In this document: in pieces, positions 1 through 8,953 of the stretch | Layout: every line of letters starts with the position of its first letter | Position numbering within the stretch: position 1 is the first letter of the stretch | Assembly (NCBI GenBank): GCA_965214975.1 | Contig: OZ244055.1 | Coordinates: forward strand, 452,875 to 516,874 | Length of the DNA: 64,000 nt | Source: Alphaproteobacteria bacterium | Lineage (GTDB): Bacteria > Pseudomonadota > Alphaproteobacteria > MPNO01 > UBA830 | Reading direction: 5' to 3' | Made by a program: the position numbers and the translations under genes | Notes under the pieces: generated by a model | Told to the model about the DNA's origin: nothing | What the model saw: only the letters and a program-made list of their open reading frames with translations | The model's database searches: none

Positions 1-514
1 GGCGTTGAGCTTCCTGGCGACAGCCCGCCCCATGACCTGCAACGCCACCCGCCGGGCCTCGACCGCCTGGAAGTCCTCGACCACGTCCTCGCCGATCAGG
101 CGCCCGGCCTCGGCCCCGGCCTCGTGCGCGACCGACGACCGGAGCCCCCCTTTTTGCCGGCGCGGCCGGCTTGCGGGCGTCCAGCCGTGCATCGCATATC
201 CGGCCGCTGATCTCGACCAGTTCGCGCACCAGCGCGCGCAGGCGACGGAACTCCGCGATCTCGGCCCGCGTTTCCTCGACGGCATCGGCGGGGACGGTGC
301 GGCCCCGGGTCTTGCCCGTCTCCCTGTCCGGCCAGGTCAGCAACCAGTAGGGGCCGTGTCCCCGCGCGCCTTCGGCCGCGCAGTGGCAGGTGGGCTTGCC
401 GCATTTGCGGTGCTGTGCCCTGAGCGAGCCCTGGCGGAGGTCGCCGATGTCCGCCAGCTCCCGCAGGAGCTGGCCGCGCCGTTCGACGAGGCCGTCGCGT
501 TCGGCGGTCGCCAT
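1..514 (-). mobile_element. IS transposase, 5' portion only (gene runs off the window); N-terminal Cys/His zinc-motif domain
   Basis: Minus-strand ATG at 514 gives MATAERDGLVERRGQLLRELADIGDLRQGSLRAQHRKCGKPTCHCAAEGARGHGPYWLLTW... From memory, the CGKPxCxC..HGPYW motif matches DUF6788-type N-termini of ISKra4/ISNCY-like transposases. Left of the C6T5 run (145-155) the protein-like reading moves to another frame (..AGRLIGEDVVEDFQAVEARRVALQVMGRAVARKLNA). Not in the ORF track because no stop lies in the window. Confidence 0.45.
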
Positions 515-729
515 GTCCGTCTCCTTCTGTATCTCGGTAAAGGAAACCGAAATCGTGGCGGAACCACGGCGTTTCTCAACCCCTCAAATCCTGACGTGCA
601 CCCCCGGAAAGTCCGGACCTTGCCTGCCGGGCGGTTGTCGGATACGGTGCGCGCACGCGGCGCGGGCGACGGACCGGCCGGCGCGCGAAATCGAAAACGG
701 CGAAACCTGACGGGAAGAGGGGCGGATCA

Positions 730-3700
730 ATGGGCGCGCACCGGCGAGAGAACTGCGGCACGATCTCCGGAATCCGCAACGACCGGCACGGAACCGTTCG
801 CGGCACGCCCCCCCCCCCCCGGTCCGGCGGCGAGAGCGCGGCTGGCCTGCCTGGCCCTGCCGTGCGCCGTCGCCCTGGCGGTCATGTCGCCGACGGCCGC
901 CCGGGCGCAGGTCCACGTCAGCAACGATGTTGCCGGAAACTTTTTCGTGGACGGCCCGACGCAGGGCAGCGCCTCGAGCGAGAGCACGCTCCATCTCGCC
1001 CAGCCGTTCACGACCCCTTCGGGATCCGGCGGCATCCCCCTCCGGAACGTCGTTCTGCACTTCACCTCCATGCCCCTCTCGCTCGGTCAGGTGAAACTGT
1101 ACCTGTACCGGGCCAAGGCGAACCCGAACCCCACGAGCCCCCCGGCCTTCGCCCCGACGGTTCCGGATTCGGGCACGGTCGACTCGACGACCAACGAGCC
1201 CGCGGCCGCGGGCCGGCTTGCCGAATTCGCGACCCCCGTGAGCCTGGGGGGAGGCAGGTACCGGTTCGCCGCGCCCGCGAACACCGCTCTCGACGCGGCC
1301 ACCACGTACCATCTGTATCTGTGGTCGGTGGCGAACCTGACCGGGCCCGAATGGAGATCGGTGGACATCACCAGAACCCCCGGCGGCGCTCCCGGCGACG
1401 CGGGTTTCACCGGGCACAACTCCCAGTGCCCGCCGGGCGGCTGGGCTCTCCTGCGCGGGCTGAGCGCCGACGTGAGAAACCCCGGCGGCGAGGGCTGGAT
1501 CCCCGATGGCAACGGCAGGCTCGTGTACGTCACGGAGATCGTCGGAGAGCCGAACCACACCCCCAGCGGGAGCCCGGCGATCGCGGGAACCCAGACGATC
1601 GGCGAGACGCTGACGGCCGGCCCCGGGGATCTCGCCGACCTGAACGGCGCGCTGTCGTCGTTCGTCTACGAGTGGTTCCGGACCGACGCCGACGGGACGA
1701 ACTCGCAGGCCATTCCCGGCGCGACCTCCCCGACCTACACCCCGACGGAAGACGACGAGGGCAGACGGCTCCGGGTGCAGGTGACGTTCACCGACGCCGA
1801 CTGCTACGAGCAGACGACGAGCGTCCTCGCCGCCAACACGTTCGCCGAGGGCCTGGCGCTGGAGGCGGAGGGCGGCACGGCGCAGGTCGGCAAGACCCTG
1901 ACGGCGGAGACCGGCGGCATCGCGGACGCCGACGGCCTGCCGTCCTCGCCCGCGTTCACCTACCGGTGGACGCGGGTGGACGCCGACGGCGTGTCGAACC
2001 CGGAGGACATCGCCGGCGCGACGTCGCGGACCTACACGCCGGTCGAGGCCGACGAGGGCAAGCGGGTGCGGGTGACGGTGGGTTTCGCGGATAGCGACGG
2101 CCACCGCGAGGCGGTCGGCGCCCTTTCCGCGCCGATCGCGGAAAGGGCGCCCGCGGTCATCACCGTCGCGGCGGGCGGAAGCGTGACCGAGGGCGCGCCC
2201 GCGATCTTCACGCTGACCCGCACCGAGGAGCTCGCCATCGCGCTGGCGGTCGAGGTCACGGTGTCGGAAACCGGCGACATGGTCGCCGCGGGCGACAAGG
2301 GGACGCGGACGGTGACGTTCGGCGCGGGCGCGACCACCGCGACGCTGGAGGTGCCGACCGCGGACGATTCCGCGGTCGAGCCGGACAGCACGGTGACCGT
2401 CGCCGTCCAGGACGGCGACGGCTACGTCCCGGGCACGCCGTCGGAGGCCGAGGTCGTGGCGGAGGACGACGACCCGGCCGTCACCGTCGCGGCGGGCGGC
2501 AACGTGACCGAGGGCGCGCCCGCGATCTTCACGCTGACCCGCACCAGGGACACCGCCATCGCGCTGGCGGTCGAGGTCACGGTGTCGGAAACCGGCGACA
2601 TGGTCGCCGCGGGCGACAAGGGGACGCGGACGGTGACGTTCGCAGCGGGCGCGGCCACCGCGGCGCTGGAGGTGCCGACCGCGGACGATGACGCGGACGA
2701 GCCCGACAGCACGGTGACCGTCGTCGTCGAGGACGGCGGCGCCTACGACCCGGGCACGCCTTCCGAGGCCGGGGTCGTGGCGAGGGACAACGACGGGCCT
2801 CCGGTCGTCACCGTCGCGGCGGGCGGCAACGTGACCGAGGGCGCGCCCGCGCGTTTCACGCTGATCCGCACCAAGGATCCCGCCGCCGGGCTGGCGGTCG
2901 AGGTCACGGTGTCGGAAACCGGCGACATGGTCGCCGCGGGCGACGAGGGGACGCGGACGGTGACGTTCGGCGCGGGCGCGGCCACCGCGGCGCTGGAGGT
3001 GCCGACCGTGGACGATTCGGAGCGAGAGCCGGACAGCACGGTGACCGTCGCCGTCGAGGACGGCGGCGCCTACGACCGGGGCACGCCTTCCGAGGCCGGG
3101 GTCGTGGCGTCGGACAACGACCATCCGGTCGTCACCGTCGCGGCGGACGGAGACGTGACCGAGGGCGCGCCCGCGAGCTTCACGCTGACCCGCGCCGGGG
3201 ACATCTCCGCCGCGCTGGAGGTCGAGGTCGCGGTGTCGGAAACCGGCGACATGGTCGCCGCGGGCGACGAGGGGACGCGGACGGTGACGTTCGCAGCGGG
3301 CGTGGCCACCGCGGCGCTGGCGGTGCCGACCGTGGACGATTCCGCGGACGAGCCCGACAGCACTGTGACCGTCGCCGTCGCGGACGGCGACGCCTACGAC
3401 CCGGGCACGCCTTCCACCGCCGCCGTCGTGGTGGCGGACGAAGACGAGCCGGCGGTCGTCACCGTCGCGGCGGGCGGAGACGTGACCGAGGGCGCGGCCG
3501 CGAATTTCACGCTGACCCGCACCGGGGACGCCGCCACCGCGCTGGCGGTCGAGGTCGCGGTGTCGGAAACCGGCGACATGGTCGCCACGGGCGACAAGGG
3601 GACGCGGACGGTGACGTTCGGCGCTGGCGCGGCCACCGCGGCGCTGGCGGTGCCGACCGTGGACGATTCCGCGGACGAGCCGGACAGCACGGTGACCGTC

Positions 3701-5302
3701 GCCGTAGCGGACGGCGGCGCCTACGACCGGGGCACGCCGTCGGAGGCCGGGGTCGTGGTGGCGGACAACGACGAACCCGCACCTTCCTCCGTCGTCACTA
3801 GGCGGACGAAGGCGACGACCTACAACCTCTCCGCCATCGGGCGCGCAGTCACCAAGACCGTCGTCAACCGGGTCTGGGACCGTGCCGCGCGCCTGGATTC
3901 AGGGGACGTCCCGTCGTTTGCGACGGTTGGCGGACGCGTCGTCGACGCCGGCGCGCTCGCCGACGCGCGGCGCGTGTCCGGGGCGGTCGCCGGGCTTTTC
4001 GGGGCCGGCGGCGCGCCCGGGAGCGCGCGGGGCGCGGCGGCGGACTTCCACGCCCCGGACGCCGGCGGATACCGGGATCTGAAGCGGGGGCTGCTGCCCG
4101 ACGCCCGCAGCCTCCTGGGGCGGACCCGGTTCGAGCTGCGGCCGGGCGGCGCGGGTTCCGGCGCGACCGGCTCTCTCGCGGTCTGGGGGCGCGGCGACTT
4201 CACCGCCTTCGAGACCAGGGTCGAGGACGACGACATCGCGGACTTCTCCACCGAGGGCGAGGTGTTTTCCGGCCATGTCGGCGTCGACTACAGGCCCGGC
4301 CCGGGGTTCCTGGCCGGCATCGCGGCGGGGCATTCCCGGGGCGAGGCGAGCTACGCCTTCGCCGACCGCCCCGGCGTCCGGGACGACATGAAAACCACGC
4401 TCTCGAGCGTCCATCCCTATCTGCACTGGATGCCGTCGCGCGGCCTTCGCGTGTGGGGCACGGTCGGCTACGGCACCGGCACGGCGACCATCGTCGAGGA
4501 CGCGGTCCGGACCGAGACCGACCTCACGATGCGGACGGTCGGAGGCGGGGCGCGAAGCGAGATCTCCCGCCTCGACGGGACCGAGGTGGCGGTCAAGGCG
4601 GACGCGTTCCTCACCGAGATCGAGGCCGACGCGGCGGGCGGCGGGCGGACGCTCGCCGGGACGACGGCCGAGGCCAGCCGGATGCGGGCCGCCGTGGAAG
4701 GCGTCCGCAGGTGGGCTCTCGAGGAGGGGGACAGTCTCTCCGGGACGCTCGATCTCGGCGTGCGCATGGACGGCGGGGACGCCGGGGCCGGCGCCGGGGC
4801 GGACGTCGCCGGCGAGCTGCGCTACGCTGCTCCCCGGGACGGTCTCGAGGTGGCGTTGCGGGGCGGCGCGCTTCTCGTCCACGAGGCCGACGGCGTCGCG
4901 GAGTGGGGCCTCGGACTGCAGGTGGTCTACGATCCCGGCGTCCCCGGCAGGGGCGTCCGGCTCGCGCTCGGCCCCGCCTGGAACGTCCCGCGGTCGGGCG
5001 TGGCCGAGGCGATGTGGAACGCCGATGCGGGGTCCGGGGTCCGGAGCGGGGCATCGCCGGACCGGGGCGGCGCGGTCGTCGCCCGCCTGGGCTACGGCAC
5101 GGTCGCGCTGCGCGGCCGGGCGCTGGCGACGGCGTTCGGGGAGGCCGGCGGCGACGGCGACGGCGCCCGCCTGCGCCTGGGGACGGAACTGCGGCCGGCG
5201 GGCGCCGGCCGCCGGTTCGGCCTCGGGATCCACTGGGAGAGGCGGGATCTCCGGGCCGGCCCGGAACATGCGCTCGGGATGAGGCTCGGCCTCGAATTCT
5301 AG
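730..5302 (+). CDS. Type Va autotransporter adhesin with Ig-like and Calx-beta-like repeat passenger; start unresolved (leader ATG 730 is +1 out of frame across the C13 tract)
   Basis: Track ORF 5..5302. After the tract it encodes a signal peptide (ARARLACLALPCAVALAVMSPTAARA/QV) and Ig-like repeats (..TYTPTEDDEGRRLRVQVTF..). Five ~108-aa repeats follow (VTVAAGGxVTEGAPAxFTLTR..SETGDMVAAGD..EPDSTVTV). The C-terminal beta-barrel (..VWGRGDFTAFE..HPYLHWMP..) ends in GMRLGLEF. Confidence 0.85.
808..820 (+). repeat. C13 homopolymer between the leader ORF and the adhesin signal peptide
   Basis: Counted directly: 13 consecutive C (808-820). Read as PPPP in both the ATG-730 frame and the adhesin frame. 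Confidence 0.95.
2155..3780 (+). repeat. Five in-frame tandem coding repeats, period 321-327 bp (type A Calx-beta-like module)
   Basis: The GTCACCGTCGCGGCGGGCGG motif recurs at about 2158, 2479, 2806, 3130 and 3457. Five near-identical antisense ORFs in the track (2032..2391 to 3394..3690) mirror the periodicity. Confidence 0.9.
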
Positions 5303-5452
5303 GCGTCCGCGCCGCGGGTGCGGAACCGTCCGTCCCCGGCATTCCGGCCCGCGCCTGAAATCCGGGCCATTGCGGTTTCCGGCCTGTTGTTGCGCACCCG
5401 GGATCGCGGCGCCGCTTTCGCGGTCCCGTCGCCCTGTTCCGGGGAGCGCCGC

Positions 5453-6097
5453 TCAGCGTCCGCGAGAATCGATCGCGAGGCCCGCCGCCCGCGCGACGGT
5501 GCGCGCGTCGGCGTCCGGGCGGGCGTCCCGGCGAACGGCGATCCGGTTTCCGCCGGCCTCCCGGATGGCGGAGGCGAGGCGCACCCCGTCCGCAAGCCTG
5601 TCGCGGATCGCGCTCCAGCGGTCATGCAGGCCGCGTGCCGTCGGGCGGTTTCGCGGCGGACGGACCGCGTGGCAGGCGGGGACGGCGGTGAGCGGGCGGG
5701 CGGCGATGCGCGGGATTCCGCTGTTCCCGACCGGGCGCGGGCCGACTCCGGATTTCAGGCTTCGGAAGGCGACCTCGGTCCCGGCGATCTCCCGGCGGGT
5801 CCGGACTGCGGTTTCGGGATCCCGCTCGACATGGCTGGTGCGCGGCACGTGGATGCCCGCCTGCCGGTCGCGCTCGGCATGAAGGGCGTTGCGCCTCCGG
5901 CGGACGTCGCCGGCCCGCCCCCTCTCCCCGGGCTCCGCCTTGACGTCGCGCCGGCGGCGGACCCGCCGGTGTCCTTCCTTCAGCCGACCCGGCTTTCCGG
6001 TCACCCTGTCGGACTTCCTGCCGCGGTTCTTCCTCGACAGCCCGTCATGCGGGGCGCGCAGGGCGTCCCCGAAGTTCCGGCGCCGACGGGCGAGCAT
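5453..6097 (-). CDS. Hypothetical, very basic protein (about 214 aa); start uncertain
   Basis: Part of track ORF 5453..6334 (-). Third-codon positions are ~85-90% G/C by hand count, unlike the R/S/P-rich plus-strand ORFs sharing those positions. The C-terminus is protein-like (GLHDRWSAIRDRLADGVRLASAIREAGGNRIAVRRDARPDADARTVARAAGLAI). No family recognised. Confidence 0.3.
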   Translation of the reverse strand: MLARRRRNFGDALRAPHDGLSRKNRGRKSDRVTGKPGRLKEGHRRVRRRRDVKAEPGERGRAGDVRRRRNALHAERDRQAGIHVPRTSHVERDPETAVRTRREIAGTEVAFRSLKSGVGPRPVGNSGIPRIAARPLTAVPACHAVRPPRNRPTARGLHDRWSAIRDRLADGVRLASAIREAGGNRIAVRRDARPDADARTVARAAGLAIDSRGR

Positions 6098-6450
6098 GGC
6101 CTCGTCCTTCCGCCGGCGCTCATGGCTCCGGATGCGCGGCCGCGCTTCGCCGTCCCCCGCCTCGGGATCCGGGCCGGGCACGATGCCCGGCCCGGATCCC
6201 GAAGGCGGCGTCGGCCTTGCGCCCGCAGCCAGGCGAGGCGACCTCTGCGGAGACGCCCGCGTCCCTCGCGATCGCGGGCCCGGGGGCGCTGCGGCCGCCG
6301 GATCGCTGTTCCGGTCGCCCGATGGCGCCGGCAAGGGCTGCCGGCCCGGAGACGCTGCCGGGCAGGATCCCGCCGTGCCGCGAGAAGCCGGCCCCGTTCG
6401 GCAATAGGCCGACGGTCACGATCGGGCAATCGTTGCGCTTCCGCCTCGAA

Positions 6451-6613
6451 CACGCCGCCGGTCCGCCGGCAGCGGCATCCGGCGCCTCCGGACCCGAATC
6501 CCGCCCCGAAAGAAGGCCGCGACCCCGCGAAACGGACCGTCGCGCGCCAGCCGCGACGCCCGGACGCGGCCCGGACCGACCGGAATCGGCCGCAATCGGG
6601 GAGCGTGGGACAC
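6451..6613 (+). repeat. Intergenic repeat element, long copy (B segment ... A segment)
   Basis: CACGCCGCCGGTCCGCCGGCAGCGGCATCCGGCGCCTCCGG ... AATCGGCCGCAATCGGGGAGCGTGGGACAC. Both ends recur at 37827-37919. The A segment recurs inverted and the B segment direct at 26424-26512. Confidence 0.8.
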
Positions 6614-6710
6614 TCCTGGGGTGATTCGCCAGACGCCTTGCCAGCCCCCTTTTTTGCTGTACCATCTTCCCGAGCGTCGAGGTTCGGGACGTTCAACTAA
6701 GGAGGCAGAG

Positions 6711-6953
6711 ATGGCGGAAGCTAGACGACTGGTCCGCGGGGTGCTGGAAATGCTTCTGTGGCTGGTGGCGGTGCTGACGCTGTTGCAGGTTCTCTTCGGC
6801 AACAGTTTCGTTCAGTTCTTCGGAATAGACGTCGTGGGCAACATCGGCGCCCTCGTCGCGAAGTTCGGCAATGCCGGGCTGGTCGGCATCATCGCCGCGG
6901 CGGCGGTGGCCTACATGATCGTGCGCGAGCGGTCGGGCGGCGTCGAACGGTAA
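6711..6953 (+). CDS. Small two-TM membrane protein, paralogue 1 (80 aa)
   Basis: AAGGAGG six nt upstream of ATG 6711. MAEARRLVRGVLEMLLWLVAVLTLLQVLFGNSFVQFFGIDVVGNIGALVAKFGNAGLVGIIAAAAVAYMIVRER..; about 45% identical to the next ORF. Confidence 0.65.
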   Translation: MAEARRLVRGVLEMLLWLVAVLTLLQVLFGNSFVQFFGIDVVGNIGALVAKFGNAGLVGIIAAAAVAYMIVRERSGGVER

Positions 6954-7026
6954 CGCGGCCGTCCCGACGGGCGGTCCGGAGTAGCGAGTCGGAAGTTCAA
7001 ACCCAAGCAATCCATGGAGGACGAAA

Positions 7027-7248
7027 ATGCTTGACAACATCACAAGATGGCTGAGAGGCGTCATTGACCTGGTTGTCGTGCTGGTTGTGCTCGGAGTGGT
7101 GCTGCAAGTGCTGTTCCCGCAGGCGCTGATCTTCGTCGACGCCGACGTCACCGGGAACCTGATCAACCTGATCAACAAGTTCTCCGGCGCGGGCCTTGTC
7201 GGCCTGATCGCGTTCGGTCTCGTCTACTACTTCGCCCAGAGGCGGTAG
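7027..7248 (+). CDS. Small two-TM membrane protein, paralogue 2 (73 aa)
   Basis: TGGAGGA RBS before ATG 7027. MLDNITRWLRGVIDLVVVLVVLGVVLQVLFPQALIFVDADVTGNLINLINKFSGAGLVGLIAFGLVYYFAQRR. Shares the LQVLF..DVxGNl..L..KF..AGLVGxIA pattern with 6711-6953. Confidence 0.65.
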   Translation: MLDNITRWLRGVIDLVVVLVVLGVVLQVLFPQALIFVDADVTGNLINLINKFSGAGLVGLIAFGLVYYFAQRR

Positions 7249-7260
7249 GTCCGGGCATCC

Positions 7261-7290
7261 GGGCGGCCGGGCGTCCGCGCCCGGCCGCCC
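7261..7290 (+). terminator. Strong GC hairpin after the small-protein pair (putative terminator, no U-tract)
   Basis: GGGCGGCCGGGCG-TCCG-CGCCCGGCCGCCC: perfect 13-bp stem with a 4-nt loop, 13 nt after the stop at 7248. Confidence 0.5.
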
Positions 7291-7391
7291 GTTCCGCCGC
7301 GACCCGCGGCCGGCCGCCCGGCGCGGGCCCGGAAAGAGGCTTTCCGCCTCCCGGGCCGGCGCCGGGCGGTCGGCCGTTCCGGGGGCGCGCT

Positions 7392-7420
7392 TTGAACTGC
7401 CGGCCCTTTGACCGTATAAA
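7392..7420 (+). promoter_or_regulatory. Putative sigma70-type promoter of the nuo operon
   Basis: TTGAAC (7392-7397), 17-nt spacer, TATAAA (7415-7420), about 55 nt upstream of nuoA. Confidence 0.5.
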
Positions 7421-7474
7421 GCGGGACGCGCCGCCGGGCCGGCGCCGCGGCCCGCGGGCCAGCGGAGTGTGCAC

Positions 7475-7840
7475 ATGCAGGACATGCTGCGAGAGTACCT
7501 GCCGATACTCGTCTTCGTCGGCGTCGCCGCCGGCATGGCCGCCGCCGCGGTCGCGGCGTCCTACATCGTCGCCCGCCAGCGGCCCGATCCCGAGAAGGTT
7601 TCCGCCTACGAGTGCGGCTTCGACGCGTTCGACAACGCGCGCGGGCGGTTCGACGTCCGGTTCTACCTCGTCGCCATCCTGTTCATCGTCTTCGATCTCG
7701 AGATCGCGTTCCTGTTCCCGTGGGCCATCTCCCTGTCGGAGATCGGGCTGTTCGGCTTCCTGTCGATGATGGCCTTTCTCGCGGTGCTGACGGTCGGGTT
7801 CGTCTACGAGTGGAGGAAGGGGGCGCTGGAATGGGAGTAG
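7475..7840 (+). CDS. nuoA: NADH-quinone oxidoreductase subunit A
   Basis: [34 protein letters not shown] lies 7 nt before ATG 7475; the track ORF starts at GTG 7469. Confidence 0.95.
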   Translation: MQDMLREYLPILVFVGVAAGMAAAAVAASYIVARQRPDPEKVSAYECGFDAFDNARGRFDVRFYLVAILFIVFDLEIAFLFPWAISLSEIGLFGFLSMMAFLAVLTVGFVYEWRKGALEWE

Positions 7841-8334
7841 ACGGCGGCGGCCCGCTCGCGGCGGGCCGGGAACTCGGCGACAAGGGCTTTCTCGTCACCC
7901 GCCTCGACCGTCTGGTGTCGTGGGCCCAGTCGGGATCCCTCTGGCCCATGACCTTCGGCCTCGCCTGCTGCGCCGTCGAGATGATGCACACGGCGGCGAG
8001 CCGCTACGACCTCGACCGCTTCGGCGTCGTCTTCCGGCCGAGCCCGCGGCAGTCCGACGTCATGATCGTCGCCGGAACGCTGACCAACAAGATGGCGCCG
8101 GCGCTGCGCAAGGTCTACGACCAGATGGCCGAGCCGCGCTGGGTGATCTCCATGGGAAGCTGCGCCAACGGCGGCGGCTACTACCACTACTCCTATTCCG
8201 TGGTGCGCGGCTGCGACCGCATCGTGCCGGTCGACGTCTACGTTCCGGGCTGCCCGCCGACGGCCGAGGCGCTGCTCTACGGCATCCTCCAGCTGCAGAA
8301 GAAGATCGCGCGCACCGGCACGGTCGCGCGCTAG
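7831..8334 (+). CDS. nuoB: NADH-quinone oxidoreductase subunit B
   Basis: ..[53 protein letters not shown].. within track ORF 7612..8334. ATG 7831 overlaps the nuoA stop. Confidence 0.95.
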   Translation: MGVDGGGPLAAGRELGDKGFLVTRLDRLVSWAQSGSLWPMTFGLACCAVEMMHTAASRYDLDRFGVVFRPSPRQSDVMIVAGTLTNKMAPALRKVYDQMAEPRWVISMGSCANGGGYYHYSYSVVRGCDRIVPVDVYVPGCPPTAEALLYGILQLQKKIARTGTVAR

Positions 8335-8342
8335 AGGCGGGA

Positions 8343-8953
8343 ATGGACGACGCCCTCGACGACTTCGCGGAACATGTGCGGGCCGCCCCCGAACTCGCGT
8401 GCTGCGCCCCGCGGCTCGCGAACGGAGAGCTGGTCCTCGGGACCGGGCGCGGGGATCTTCTCGCCGTCCTGCGCTTCCTGCGCGACGATTCCGACAGCCT
8501 GTTCAAGATGCTCGCGGACATCACCGCGGTCGACCATCCGGAGCGCGCCGAACGGTTCGACGTCGTCTACAACCTGCTCAGCGTGGCGCACAACCAGCGC
8601 GTGCGCGTGACGGTCGCCGCCGACGAGCGCGCGCCGGTTCCCTCGGCGGTCCCGCTGTTCAGCTCCGCGGGCTGGTTCGAGCGCGAGGTCTGGGACATGT
8701 TCGGCATCCGCTTCGACGGCCATCCCGACCTGCGCCGCATGCTCACCGACTACGGTTTCGAGGGCATCCCCTGCGCAAGGACTTCCCGCTGACGGGCTAC
8801 GTCGAGGTGCGCTACGACGAGGAGCGCAAGCGGGTGGTGCAGGAGCCCGTCAGCCTCGCGCAGGACTTCCGCAGCTTCGATTTCATGAGCCCGTGGGAAG
8901 GGGCGCGGCACGTCCTGCCCGGAGACGGGAAGGCGGCGGACGATGCCCGCTGA
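8343..8953 (+). CDS. nuoC: NADH-quinone oxidoreductase subunit C, with an apparent 1-nt frameshift near 8763-8765
   Basis: The N-part is in the frame of track ORF 7920..8792 (..[44 protein letters not shown]). The C-part is in the frame of ORF 8399..8953 ([25 protein letters not shown]..). The junction reads GAG GG- CAT. Confidence 0.85.

Noticed and set aside
584-3124. 846-aa minus-strand ORF, and the family of ~97-aa MLSGS.. antisense ORFs across 2032-3690 and 54256-54567
   Set aside because: These are mirror images of the adhesin coding repeats. Their periodicity reflects the sense-strand tandem repeats, and they have no independent coding signal.
2155-3780. Regular ~324-bp periodic repeats (also 50100-54495) considered as a possible CRISPR-like or satellite array
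   Set aside because: The period is ten times longer than CRISPR repeat-spacer units and there is no alternation of conserved and unique segments. The repeats are in frame and encode Calx-beta-like protein modules.
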